From NCBI GenBank assembly GCA_030704615.1, contig CM060731.1, positions 7,936,001-8,000,000 of the forward strand: a stretch of 64,000 nucleotides of DNA. The letters are read 5' to 3'. Source of the stretch: Takakia lepidozioides. Its lineage: Eukaryota > Plantae > Bryophyta. Shown one piece after another: positions 13,168-25,260 of this stretch (its first letter is position 1; each line of letters opens with the position of its first letter). The position numbers and the translations under genes are program-made. The notes beneath the pieces are model-generated. The model did no database searches, had not been told where the DNA came from, and worked only from the letters and a program-made list of their open reading frames with translations.

Positions 13168-16100
13168 CTATTTGTGAGAGTGCCTTGGAGGGCTCTCTGT
13201 ACGTGCCCGAGTTCTATGACTGCTTGCTGGAGATGCTTGAGCTGTACTTGTACCTGATTTGTTGCCCTTTGACTGAACCGGCTGTAATGGCTCTGGTGTG
13301 GGAGATCCCCATCGTTTCTTGTCGTGCAGTGCTTGATCATATTCCTCCCATACGTCAAGAGTTTGTTCTGAAGATTCAGCTGTTGTGTCCGAATCTGTTT
13401 CAGTCCTGCAGTTTTTTGGTTTTCTTGCCTTTTTTGGTTTCTCTGGAATGAAAATTGGCATACAGTGTGGCCCCACCATGTCAGGAACCTTAAGCTTCAC
13501 AACGTTGTGTAACCTGTTGAAAGCAAGTTGATTGAACTTCAACAATTCCTTCTCAGTGTAGGTGAGAGGTGTGCCAGTAACTTTGGAGCAGTATAGGTAT
13601 TGCCAAGCCGTCTGCTCCTTATTAAAAATGTCGTCAATATGCCGTTTTTCGTTGCTCAAGTTGTTCCAGGCCCTGTTAAACCATGAACGGAGTTGTGAAT
13701 CCCTCTGTAACATGATTTTCACATCATATAAATACGTATGATGCGGCACCACAGATAAGGTCCAATGATCTGTAGTGGAATAAGTCAGAAATCTGGACTG
13801 CATCTTCTGCTGCTCAATGTGGTAACGTGCAATGAAACAAGCAGTATAATAAATTCCACAGCCCATGACCAAACTCGCTACTTCCTTTGTTTTGGTGTGA
13901 ATGTGCCCATGAACAACCTGGAAAGCTATTAACTCCTTCAACATGGTGATGCCTCAGACCAGTACCTTGAAAAATGATGATCCTCAATGAGCTGATTCAT
14001 TGCTAGAATCTTAGTCCGAGTGGCCACTGGCAACCAAATGCGCATTATTTGGTAGTAGTGTGGAAAGGATTGTGGAGGACCAAATTGATTCCACGCCAAA
14101 TCCAAGCTATGTGGAATTTCATTGAAGGGCATGATCATTGCTAGGTTGTATTCCCGTGCAGCATGAGTCTTGGGTGGTTTGAAAGCAGCATTTCCCCATA
14201 CCTCAGGCCATGCATCTGCTGTCATAGGAGATTCAGTAACCTGTACAACCATCTGCTGTGAAACTGGTTCTATTGGTGTTTCCACCATTGGCATCCCTTG
14301 CACTTCTTGCGAAGAAGACCCGAAAACTAGAGTTCTGGCCCTCAAATACGCCTCCATGAGATGTTCTTCAGGAATCATGAGCCTTTGGTCTATGTTTGAA
14401 CTCAAGTCCGCCACTTGAGTCTGCAGTGTATCCACATCCTCTTGGAGCTCTCCTATTCTACTATAGACATTGTCTATAGTAGTGGTGGCAATATTCTGCA
14501 CTTGCAGCCTCAGGTCATTCATCTCCCCTTGGTGAGCTTTCTCGGTGCTTTCCCTTCCACTGGCCCTTGTGCTAACCATACTTTTAAAAGTTGGTCATCC
14601 ACTCTGTCCTGTGTAACATCTCTGAGACTCTGCTCCTCCTTGAGTCTGTAGGCATCTAACTGCTGTTGCAATCCTTGCATGCGCTTCTCATGAGGCTCAA
14701 CTAAATTGGCATAAGCTGCAGCCAGATTATTGGCTTCCCTCGCTGCCTTGTTAGCTACAGAGAGTTGATTCCTATTCGACATAAGGGTCTGTTGTAACTC
14801 CACAATGTACTTCTCCTGGTTAGCCTCAACCTGTTTGTATTGCTGTAAAGCACCCTCATTGTGACATATTGTATCTTTGAGGTCCACAATGAATTTGGCT
14901 TGCTCCACTACCTCCGTTTCTGCCCTTACACATTGCTCCCTCTGCTGATTGGCTTCTGTTGTGGCTTGCTCTAGAACATTTGTGAGGGTGGCACATTGCA
15001 CTGTCATTCTTTGATGTACTACCCCCAGCTCTGCCTGTTGTTCCTTTAGTCCTTGCATTTCATCCTCATGCTTGCTCTGCAATTGGAATAATTGCTGCTT
15101 GTGTATCTCCTGCAGATGGTCTTGCTCCAGACCCCCGTCAATCAGTTGTTGTTTAGCAAATTGCAGAGCATTCTTTGTTTCCCTTAACTCCTGTTGCAAC
15201 TGCAGATGCACTTCCATCTCAACTTTGTTAACACCCTCGGTTGCCAACCGATTTTTGAACTCTCTTCTGAGTTCCTCCTTCAGAACTTCTAACTGAGTCA
15301 CTGGAACATGTGACTTCATGTAAGTTCCCAACAAATTGAGGGTTCGGCTTATGGAGTTCATCAGCATAGCCTGCTGAGGCCCATCATGGTTAACATGCTG
15401 CTGTTCACCCCCCTCATCCATAGGATGATGCCTCACAAACCACTCAGGCCACTGCTCCACCAGATCCTCCTTCTCAATTTCCTCATTTCTCCCAGATGCT
15501 GCTGTGTCCTGATGTTCCTCTTCTGGAACTTGTGGCGCTGGTGGGGGTATTACCTGCACATCAGGAAGTTCACTAGACAGATTTTGGACCTCTGGCTCCA
15601 CTCTCTCTCTGAGCAAACTAGAGTCTTCATAGAGAAGATCACCTCTCTCAATCTCTGCCACCACTTGCTCTGTAGTTGGAATATCTAACCCTTCTGTTTC
15701 CAAATCTATTATTTGTGGAGGAACCGCATGGACCACTTGTGGTAACTCTCTGGCAAGCCGTTCACCTGGCTATGATGGCTGTGATACTGAATTGACTTCC
15801 TGTTCCCTCTCCACAGGTTGTGCTGTTTGTAACCCTTGATCTCTGTGCTGCTGTACCCTCTCCTGCACAAGAGCTTGAGTAACTTCTTCCTCCGGCTGCC
15901 TTGTAGCCAATGGTTCGGCTTCCAACGTGATCCCTTTCCTCTGTCTTTTGGGCTGTTGATGCTCTGCCAATCCCCCTTCACCCTGTGAAGAACCTTGCTC
16001 TTCTATGGTAGTGGTTGTTATTTCAAACACTCCCATTTCCTTCCTTTCTCTCGCATCAAGTACGCATGAGTCTAGGATGATTTGTGCAATGACTGGCCCA

Positions 16101-16597
16101 GATACTATGATAGGAGATTTAGCGGCAGTTCCCTGCAATCTTTTCATCTCCTCTACCAGTCCGTTGTACATGATGTTCTCCCATGCTACCTCTTCTCCTC
16201 TCAGGCCTTTGAGTATTTCCTCTGTGAAGGATCTGCTCAAATATTGCTGGTTCTGTTTCATGCCAAACAGAACGTTCAATATCTGGCCCACCTCCCTGAG
16301 CCCTGGGTACACCGCTTTGGTACAAGCATAGCCTTGAGTTTTAAAGAAACTCCCTTCTTCAAACAAATCTTTCATCTGCAATCTAGCCCTGTGCTCGTCC
16401 ACATGAACCTGACCTGCTGGCAATGAAAACAGTTGCTGTAGGTATAAGGGAGTAAGTTCTAATTCAACTCCCTTCACCATTGTGGCTCCTGTCTTTGGGT
16501 CAAAGTTCTGCAAGAATTCTAACATGTACTTCCGATGGTGCAATGTCCAATCCTTGTTTTGCAATCCTTGTAATCGCAGTTCCGTCAGTAACTTCAC
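13168..16597 (-). pseudogene. Element B 3' extra ORFs: Athila-ORF1/plant-transposon-like N-terminal domain, coiled coil and a further unknown domain
   Basis: ORFs 15770-16597 (LEFLQNFD...VKGVELELTP.YLQQLF), 14519-15736 (heptad-rich), 13938-14579 and 13168-13944. All are conserved in elements A and C. Confidence 0.7.
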
Positions 16598-17603
16598 CGC
16601 GTATGGCGTCGCAATCGTCTGTTTCTACAGGATTGTGGTGCTTTTCACCTTGATGTCCTCCATCCCTCTTACTCTCTTCATTTTAGAGAAACCGTAAGGC
16701 TGTGGCTGTAACAACTGAAGTAATGCCTGCAGAGCACAAAGCACAAACGTATGATTGCCACAAAATGCTATGGGTAGTGTCCTGTAAACCTGCGGGGCTT
16801 GCAAGCATTGATCAAGAGAAAAGTTACTCTCTGTTGTTCTGTTTCCTCGCCACTGCGTGAGTAGTATCGCGAGCGTATAATCTGCTAGTTCCCTCATAGC
16901 TTCAAAACTATCGCATTGATTGTCTGTCCCGTCAAGACGCCCGTTACCTGGAACGACGCCGACTCTGGTGCTCAGAACCATTTCACTTTCTTGAAGTTGC
17001 TCCTGCTTCATGATTGGCTGTAACCGCTGTGACTGGATTTTAGAATTAATTTTCTTTAGTGGATTTTCCCCGCTGGCCTGTCCACTAGGATAACACACGT
17101 GACAAGAAATTCGTTTTTCTGTACTCGCCGTATGTTCCGTTACCCTTTTTCCGTATGCATTAATGGGCCCGCCATTCATCCTCTTTGACGTAGTAGGTAG
17201 GTACTTTGACGGCCACTCCTGTTTTTTTTCTTGATGACACTTGTTCTTGCAGCTCCTTCTCAGCTGTGCGTCACGGCCTGACTTCCACGCGTCCACTTTT
17301 AAACTGACTTCCGCCCTTTCTTCCGCCGGCCATTTCCCTGATGTTTTCTTTTGTCCACCTGTCACTAATCCTATGGACTGTGTAATTCTCATTGGCTGTG
17401 TGAGGCTGTGACAGGCTGTGCCGCCCTGTGCTAGGTTGTGCGCGACTGTGTGACACTGTGCTGGGCTGTGATAGGCTGTGTGACCCTGTGATGGGCTGTG
17501 ATAGGCTGTGTCGCGCCTTGATGGGCTGTGATAGGCTGTGTTTCGCCTTGATGGGCTGTGATAGGTTGTGTCTTGTCGTGATGGGCTGTGATAGGCTGTG
17601 TCA

Positions 17604-18321
17604 CGCTTGTTCTGCCCGCCCTGGTCATATATGCTCGGCCTAGCGACAAGTGCTCCATACTCCGTTGGTAACACTGGCGCAGCCCGTGACTGCTCTTGCG
17701 TTTCCACATGCAAATCATGCTGCAATGGTTTGTCATGGATACCACTGTACCCCTTCAACTTATTGGCATTGACTCTTCCCAGCATTTCTTTGTTAATGGT
17801 TTGTGTTGTTATCATACATCTTTTGTATGACATAAGGTCCTTTCCATGGTGATTTAAGCTTAGAAGCTTTAATCTTTCCCTTCCTCTGCAACCATAGAAC
17901 CAAATCTCCTGTCTTAAGAGTTTTTAACTTGCCTTCATCAAACTGTTCCTTCCTCTTCATCTACGCTTGTTCTGCCCGCCCTAGTCATATATGCTCGGCC
18001 TAGCGACAAGTGCTCCATACTCCGTTGGTAACACTGGCGCAGCCCGTGACTGCTCTTGCGTTTCCACATGCAAATCATGCTGCAATGGTTTGTCATGGAT
18101 ACCACTGTACCCCTTCAACTTATTGGCATTGACTCTTCCCAGCATTTCTTTGTTAATGGTTTGTAACATGGCCGTGTTGTTATCATACATCTTTTGTATG
18201 ACATAAGGTCCTTTCCATGGTGATTTAAGCTTAGTAGCTTTAATCTTTCCCTTCCTCTGCAACCATAGAACCAAATCTACCGTCTTAAGAGTTTTTAACT
18301 TGCCTTCATCAAACTGTTCCT
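17604..18321. repeat. ~360-bp tandem duplication of the integrase 3' end in element B
   Basis: acgcttgttctgcccgccct...ttcctcttcatct occurs at ~17604-17961 and again at ~17963-18321. Confidence 0.9.
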
Positions 18322-20760
18322 TCCTCTTCATCTGAATTCTGGTCATATTATGAGCTGCATCAGCACGTACTTCTTCCACATGATATAATTCATGTTTCCT
18401 GACCTTAATTGAATCTTGCAATTCCATTCTCTTTCCCCATTCCGTTCTCATGGTAGGTAACAAGAATTCCACTGGAAGTAAGGCTTCCATACCATAAACT
18501 AATTGGAATGGTGTATACTTAGTGGTGACTTTATATGATGTCCTGTATGACCACAAGGCTGTCAGCAGCTTTGTATCCCAATCCGTTCTGTTTGCATTGA
18601 CTATCTTAGCCAAGATAGTACATAGTATTTTGTTGGTAGCCTCTGCCTGCCCATTACCCTGTGGGTAATACGTTGTACTCTTCCTATGCACAATCATGAA
18701 CTCTTTAGTCAATAATTCAATGGTCTCATTAATGAAGTGACTTCCCTGATCACTGATAAAATCCATGGGACAGCCAAATCGTGTAAGTATGTTCTCATAC
18801 AGGAACCTTGCTATGGACTTGGCTGTGTTGTCCCTCAAAGCTTTAGCTTCCACCCACTTCGTAGTATAATCAGTGGCTGTAATTATGTACCTGTTTCGTG
18901 TATTCTTGGCTGGTGGGTTAATCGGTCCAACAAAGTCTAGTCCCCATTTCTGAAATGGTTCCGTAGGCATTGTAGGATGCAAGGCCATCCTTCCAGATCT
19001 CTGCAAAGGTCCTAGCCTCTGACATTCATCACAACTTTGACAATACTTGTGTACATCTTTGAATAAGGCCACCAGTAACCTGTGAGTAGTATCTTTCTAC
19101 TGGTAGTCTCTTCTCCAAAATGACCTCCAGCCACTCCTTTATGAACTTCCTCCAAAACTTTATTTACTTCATGGTGGTACAAGCATCGTTTTAGTACTCC
19201 ATAAGGTCCTAGCTTATACATTCTGCTTCCTACCATAGTATAAGGTAAAGCTTTGATAGCGATTCTCTTCCTCTGCTCCTTACCATAACTAGGTGGGCAT
19301 TGACCATAAGTAAGGTAGTATCTGATTGGCCACTGCCAATCTAACCATTCATTTGCACTTCCTTGCACCTCCATTACAAATAAATTTGCATTAGGTAACT
19401 GATCGTCCACTCCTGTGGCGGCCTCTCCTATTGTTAGTCGTGACAAATGATCTGCCACAAGATGCAAACGGCCAGGCTTGTAAATAACTTCGAACTCAAA
19501 CTCATGCAAGATTATTAACCACCTCGCTATCTTTCCACTTATCAAAGGTTTGTTCACCAGATATATCAGAGCCTGGTGATCCACATAAAACATAAACTTT
19601 CTTCCCAATAGGTAATGCCTGAATTTCTTGACTGCATAAATCATTGCCAGTGCTTCTCTTTCAGTTGTGCTATAGTTCCTTTCAGCACTGTTCATCAACC
19701 TGCTAGCATAGTACACAGGTGAATCTATATTTCCTGTAACATTGTGGGCTAACACCGCTCCCAACGCTTCTCCTGATGCACCGCAGTGAACATGAAATAC
19801 TACATGTCAGTGAGGGTTAATCAGCACAGGTGTAGTTGTTACTGACAATGTAAGTTCCTCAAACGCCTGTTGACATTCAGCTGTCCATGCAAACACTGCA
19901 TCTTTCTTCAGAAGCTTGCTCAATGGTGCTGCTATTTGTGCATACCTTTTGACAAATCTTCTGTAATAACTAGTTTGCCCAAGGAATCTCCTTAAACTCT
20001 TAACATTCACTGGTGGTGGAGAGGCTTTAATGGACTCTGTCTTCCTGGGATCCACAAGAAGTCCCTTCTTACACACAATGTGTCCCAGAAGCACCCCTGA
20101 GTTCACACAGAAAGTACACTTATCTGGATTCAAGCCCAGACCTCTCATCCTGCATCTGGCCAGACATAACTCCAATTTATGCAAGTGCTCATTCTTAGAG
20201 TTGTACACACTGAAATCATCCAAGAACACCTGCATGAAATCATCCAGATACTCATGAAAAGATTCACTTATTACTCTCTGAAAGGTTGCTGGTGCATTAC
20301 AAAGTCCAAAGGGCATGACTTTGTATGCATAAGCACCCCAGTCTGTGATGAAAGCTGTCTTTCCTTGATCTTCTTCTGCCACTTGCACTTGATTATAACC
20401 ACTGAAGCCATCCATGAATGAGTACATCTCATGGCCTGCCACAATGTCCAATACTGCTTCTGTGAATGGCAAAGGGAAAGGATCTTTCTTCGTACAAGCA
20501 TTCAGCTTCTTGTAGTTCACACATACTCTTAGTTTACCATTCTTCTTGGGAACTATAACAATGGGTGACAACCAAGTTGTATACTCTATTGGGTATATAA
20601 ACTTAGCCTCAGCCAACTTCTTGATCTCTTCTCCAACCTTCTGTGCGTAGTTGGGATTCATCCTGTATCTCGCCTGTTTAACTGGTATTGATCCTTGTTC
20701 CAGTTCAATCTTATGTTGACAGATCTCAGTTGGTATCCCCTTCAGATCCTCATAGCTCCG
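17981..20760 (-). pseudogene. Element B pol: RT, RNase H and integrase
   Basis: ORFs 19807-20886, 19012-19764 and 17981-19072 carry the complete motif set; one stop and one frameshift. Confidence 0.93.
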
Positions 20761-20995
20761 CTTTCTCCAGACCCCATTCCGGATCGGCATCATGCACTCG
20801 CTTAAGAATATTTTCTTTATAACCGTCTGGCAATTCCAAGAACCTTTGAAAGAATTGTTTGGACAATCTTTCTTCCTTCGTTCCACAGGGAATTTGATTC
20901 ACTTCAAATTTTTTAATCCTCCAACCACCATGATCCCACCAGATGCCTGTCACATCTGGTTGTTCATGACTCAGTTCCCCAGTATGGTCGCCAAA

Positions 20996-21832
20996 TGTCG
21001 CGCGGCTTCTACTCACCCATCCCTTCGCTATCCGAGGCGGAAACTCCAAGATAGAAGAGTTGGAAATCTCTAAGTACTCAGCCCGCTCAGAACAATCAGT
21101 CATGACCTACAGCTAGTGTATCATGGGAGTGTTTCCTATTTGTTTTCCTTCCCGCATTCATGTTAGCTAGTTACCTTACTGCTGGTAATTAGGTATCAGT
21201 TTGCTCCATCAACTCATCCATTCATTCCACAGCTTCACTCAGATCCCTCTACACAGTGTGAGTATGAAGTGTGTATTAGATTAATATCTATCAAGTATCA
21301 GGCTAAAGTCCTGGAGTCTCTAATCTGCTCTACATTATAATTCTACTGCTTGCTATCATTAAGCATCAACAGATCCTCCTCCTACTTCGTGCTCTCCATC
21401 TTTCTGCTCAGAGATACGCTCTCTCCTCCTTTCCCCCAGTGATGTTCGAAGTCTCCCCCCAGAAGTGCCCCCCTCTCGTCTCCGCTGCCCGCTTTCTCCC
21501 TTCCCCCCTGTTCTAACCGTTTTCCTTCACTAACCGTCCTCCGTGAATTACATGTTCCCCGGCAGATGTTGTTCCCCACAGTCGTTCCCTGTCATGATAA
21601 CCGTTCCCTACGACTGTGACAGCTGTGTCAGACTGTGACGGCTGTTTCGGGCTGTGTCGGGCTGTGACTGGCTGTGACGGGCTGTGACGGGCTGTGACTG
21701 TGTCGGGCTGTGTATGGCTGTGACGGGCTGTCTTAAAAAATTAAGGGTACCCCTCAGAACCCATAGAAGTGTCTAAGTCCCAGACTCCACAGAACCCATA
21801 AAAATGCCTAAGTCCCAGACTGCCTCCTAACA
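20996..21832 (-). repeat. 5' LTR of element B
   Basis: TG...CA termini, followed by the PBS. Confidence 0.93.
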
Positions 21833-22290
21833 TCTTGGGACTCATCACGGTCCATAGGGGCCGTGGTGAGTGGGCCAAGACTCACCGCGACTCATCACCG
21901 GGAGTCGAGGGTTTTCGTGGTGGTTCGCCATAAAATGGCATGGCTGGTTGTGAAACCCCCGTGGACAGCTACAGAAGTATATATAGGGAGCAGTAACCCC
22001 GAGAACGGTGCAAGCCTGTTGGTGACCAAAAACTAGTGAGTAAGCGAGCGAGCCGGAAAGCGACCAAAGAGTGGGGAGCTGTTCCGGACTGCCAACTACC
22101 AAAGGGAATTCCTACTGGACCCAAATCGGTGGAGGGTTCTTTGGGAGATCAAAGGGGGACCGTTATGCCCCGGTGAGCAGCCGAAGCTCCAAGTTGGCCC
22201 GGCGGCCAGGTTGGGAGTTAGGCGCGCGCATCAAAGCGAGTAACTATGACTTGAAGGGGAGCTTACCGAAGTGAGGTGTGCGACACATCA

Positions 22291-24501
22291 TGCAAGAGAA
22301 CAAATTGGGCCGTCAAAGTACCTACCCGGTACATCAGCCAAAACTATTTGTGGGCCCATTAATGCATTCGGGGCAGGGGTAACGGAACCCTTTCTGAGTA
22401 CAGAAAAGAGGGATTTTTACCACATGTGCTGTCCTACTGGACATTCCAGGTGGGAATGTCCACAGAGGGGGGGTGGAATTAAAAAGTTACCTATGCAGGC
22501 AACAGCCAATCAGGAGCGAGAATTTCATGCAGGTGGTTCCCTCCAAGAAACAAGAACAAGAAATCGGAAGAGTTATGAGCGGAAGAGTCGGGGTGGCTCC
22601 GAATAGCCCGTGTCTCAACGGGAGGGGCAATCAAAGCTATAGCTTTGTAGCTATGGCGGATATAACGGATTACACGCTCGCTTTACTACTCACGCAGTGG
22701 CGCAAGGACGAACGAATTGAGAGTACAGTCTCTCTCACTCAATACTTGCAAGCCCCACAGGCTTACACGCTCTTACATGTTCCATTCTGTGCCAACCATA
22801 CCTTTATGCTCTGTGCCCTGCAAGCTTTTCTTCAGCTGTTTCAAACAAGGCCTTTTTGTTTGTCTATAATGAAGAGAGTGAGGGGAATGGAGGATATCAG
22901 GGTGAAGAGCACCACGATACTGCAGAAGCAAACAATTGCTACACCGTAGGCAGTGCAGCTGCTGAGGGAGTTGCGATTGGAGGGGCCGCTATGCAAGGAC
23001 TGGTCCTTGCATCATCGGCAGTATATGCTTCAATTTCTTCAAAACTTTGAGCCTAGGACGGGAGTAACCCAGGTGAGGGGAGTAGATATAGAAATTACTC
23101 CCCAGTACCTGCAGCAATTGTTCGAATTGCCATCGGGTCATGTGGATGTGGATGTGGATGAGCACAGGGCAAGATTGCAGATAGGGAATCTGTTCCAAGA
23201 AGGGAGTTTATTTAAGACTCATGGTTATGCTTGCTCCAAAGCCGAGTACCCAAGGCTCAGAGATGTTGGCCAAATACTGAACGTTCTGTTTGCCATGAAA
23301 CAGAACCAACAATATTTGAGCAGGTCATTCACAGAGGAGATACTGAAAGCCTTGCGAGGAGAGGATGTAGCTTGGGCAGAACAATGGTCTGGTGGAAGAG
23401 ATGAGGAGGTCACAGGGCACTGCTGCTAAGTCTCTGATCATCGTGTCTGGCCCAGTCATTGCTCAGATTATTCTTGACTCTTGCATACTTGCTGCGCGAA
23501 AACGTAAGGAGATGGGAGTGTTTGAGGCAGCAACCACTGCAATGGAGGAGTAGGGTTCTTCACATAGTGAGGGTGGACTGGCAGAGCAACACCAGTCTAA
23601 GAGACAGAAGAGGGGTATGACTGTAGTGGCGGATCCACTGGCTTCAAGAAAGCCGCAAGATGTTGTTTCCCAAGCTCTTGTACAGGATGGGGCACAGCAG
23701 CACAGAGGGCTGTTATTACTAAGAGCTCGATCTTTGGAGAGGGAAGAAGAAGTCACTTCGGTACCACAGCCATCACAGCCAGTTGAATCGGTTGTCTCAG
23801 AGGTACCTCAGTTAGTACATATTGTTCCACCAGAGCCTATTGCTCTAGAAAGAGAACGGTTCGACATTCCCACTACAGAGCAGGTCGTGGCAGAAATTGA
23901 GAAGGGTGACCTTCTCTATGAAAACTCTGGCTTGGGTAGGGAATCAGTGGTACCAGAGGTGCAGAGTCTGTCTAGGGAAATCCCTGCTGTGCATGTAATA
24001 CCCACACCTGTGACGGAGGTACCAGGGGTAGAATATAAGGACACTGCAGCACCTGTGGAGGATGAGGTGGTTTAGGAAGAGGATCTGGTGGGGAAATGAC
24101 CTGAATGGTTGGTGAAGCATCACTCTGTGGAGGATTAGAGAGAACAACAGCAAGTTCACCATGATGACCCCCAGCAGGCCATGCTTATGAGTTCCATAAG
24201 CAAGACACTCAATTTATTGGGCGCTTATGTGAAATCCCATGTTCCATCTACCCAATTGGCAGCTTTGAGGGAGGAACTCAGGAAGGAGTTTGAGACTTGA
24301 ATTGCCACTGAGTGTGCTAACAAGGTAGATGAGGAGATCAATCTCAAGTTACAGCAAGAGTTGGAGGACACAAAGGGTGCCTTGCAGTTGGCTAAGGGAC
24401 ATTTGATTGAAGTAGGTCTCGAGCAGGACCAGTTGCATGAAGCACATAAGCAACAGTTATACCCAATTGCAGGTAAAGCATGAGGGCAAGTTGCAAGAAG
24501 T
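22291..24501 (+). pseudogene. Element A 3' region and first half of the 3' extra ORF
   Basis: Homologous to 15070-17230 (minus) of element B, e.g. LRELRLEG...LQFLQNFEP; many stops. Confidence 0.85.
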
Positions 24502-24549
24502 GAGGTTTGCTATTTCATGAGCATGAGCGGCATGAGCGGCATGAGCAGA
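24502..24549 (+). repeat. Left TIR with tandem CATGAGC(GG) motifs
   Basis: Inverted match to 38172-38231; the same terminus occurs at 49799 and 57979. Confidence 0.9.
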
Positions 24550-24744
24550 GTAGTAACACAATCGGTTTTCATGAGCAGAAGTACAAATTTCGAAAATAAA
24601 AAACAATAAAAAACAATAATTTAATGCAATGTGTCAGGAAAAACAAATATATTATTCGGCCCCTTGAAGGGAAAATTGCACTTTTGACAGTTGTGCTCAT
24701 GAAATTTCGTCTTCCGCTCATGCCAATTCCCAGCGACATGTGCA

Positions 24745-25110
24745 AATATGGCGCCGAATTTTGCGGTAATAGGGTCCGTAACCTGAAAAAACGGCGACGT
24801 ATTTCGCGGCAATAGGTCTATCTGGCGAAAAATGGTGCCGAATTCCGCGGCTATAGGTCCCCTCATGACAGGTAATTCGGCGCCATTTTTCCAGTGCATG
24901 TTCGGACTTAGCCAGTTTTCGGCCCAAAAAAGAGAAATTCGGCGCCATTTTTCCAGACACGGTACCAGTGCATGTTGGGACTTAGCCAGTTTTCGGCCCC
25001 AAAAAGAGAAATTCGGCGCCATTTTCCCAAACACAGGTACCAGTGCATGTTGGGACTTAGCGAGTTTTCGGCCCCAAAAAGAGAAATTCGGCGCCATTTT
25101 TCCAGAAATG
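24745..25110. repeat. Left subterminal array (~68-bp units) containing AAATTCGGCGCCATTTT
   Basis: Three to four clear units plus degenerate units; also present in copies 2 and 4. Confidence 0.85.
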
Positions 25111-25260
25111 GCCCCACAACTGCTTCTGTTGGATCTCAGTTTGAATGGAATATTGCCTCATTCCAGGAGTTTTGGGGTGCATTTCATTACACTGCAAAAA
25201 AAAGTCTGATACAGCAAAATGCATTTGAAAATATCCATATGGAGGATTCCGTTTGCCCCA

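Larger units (their letters stand above)
12215..21832 (-). mobile_element. Ty3/Gypsy LTR retrotransposon B, young, gag and protease deleted
   Basis: Near-identical LTRs at 12215-13087 and 20996-21832; TSD TCTTG at 12210-12214 and 21833-21837; PBS 20976-20993; PPT 13088-13104. Confidence 0.95.
11935..22285. mobile_element. Solo LTR of an unrelated family (728 bp: 11935-12214 plus 21838-22285), split by element B
   Basis: Inverted termini TGTCGC...GCGACA; TSD CATCA at 11930-11934 and 22286-22290; TATA-like TATATATAG near 21978. Confidence 0.85.

Noticed and set aside
13168-16597. env gene
   Set aside because: No evident signal peptide or transmembrane helix; reported as an unknown extra ORF instead.
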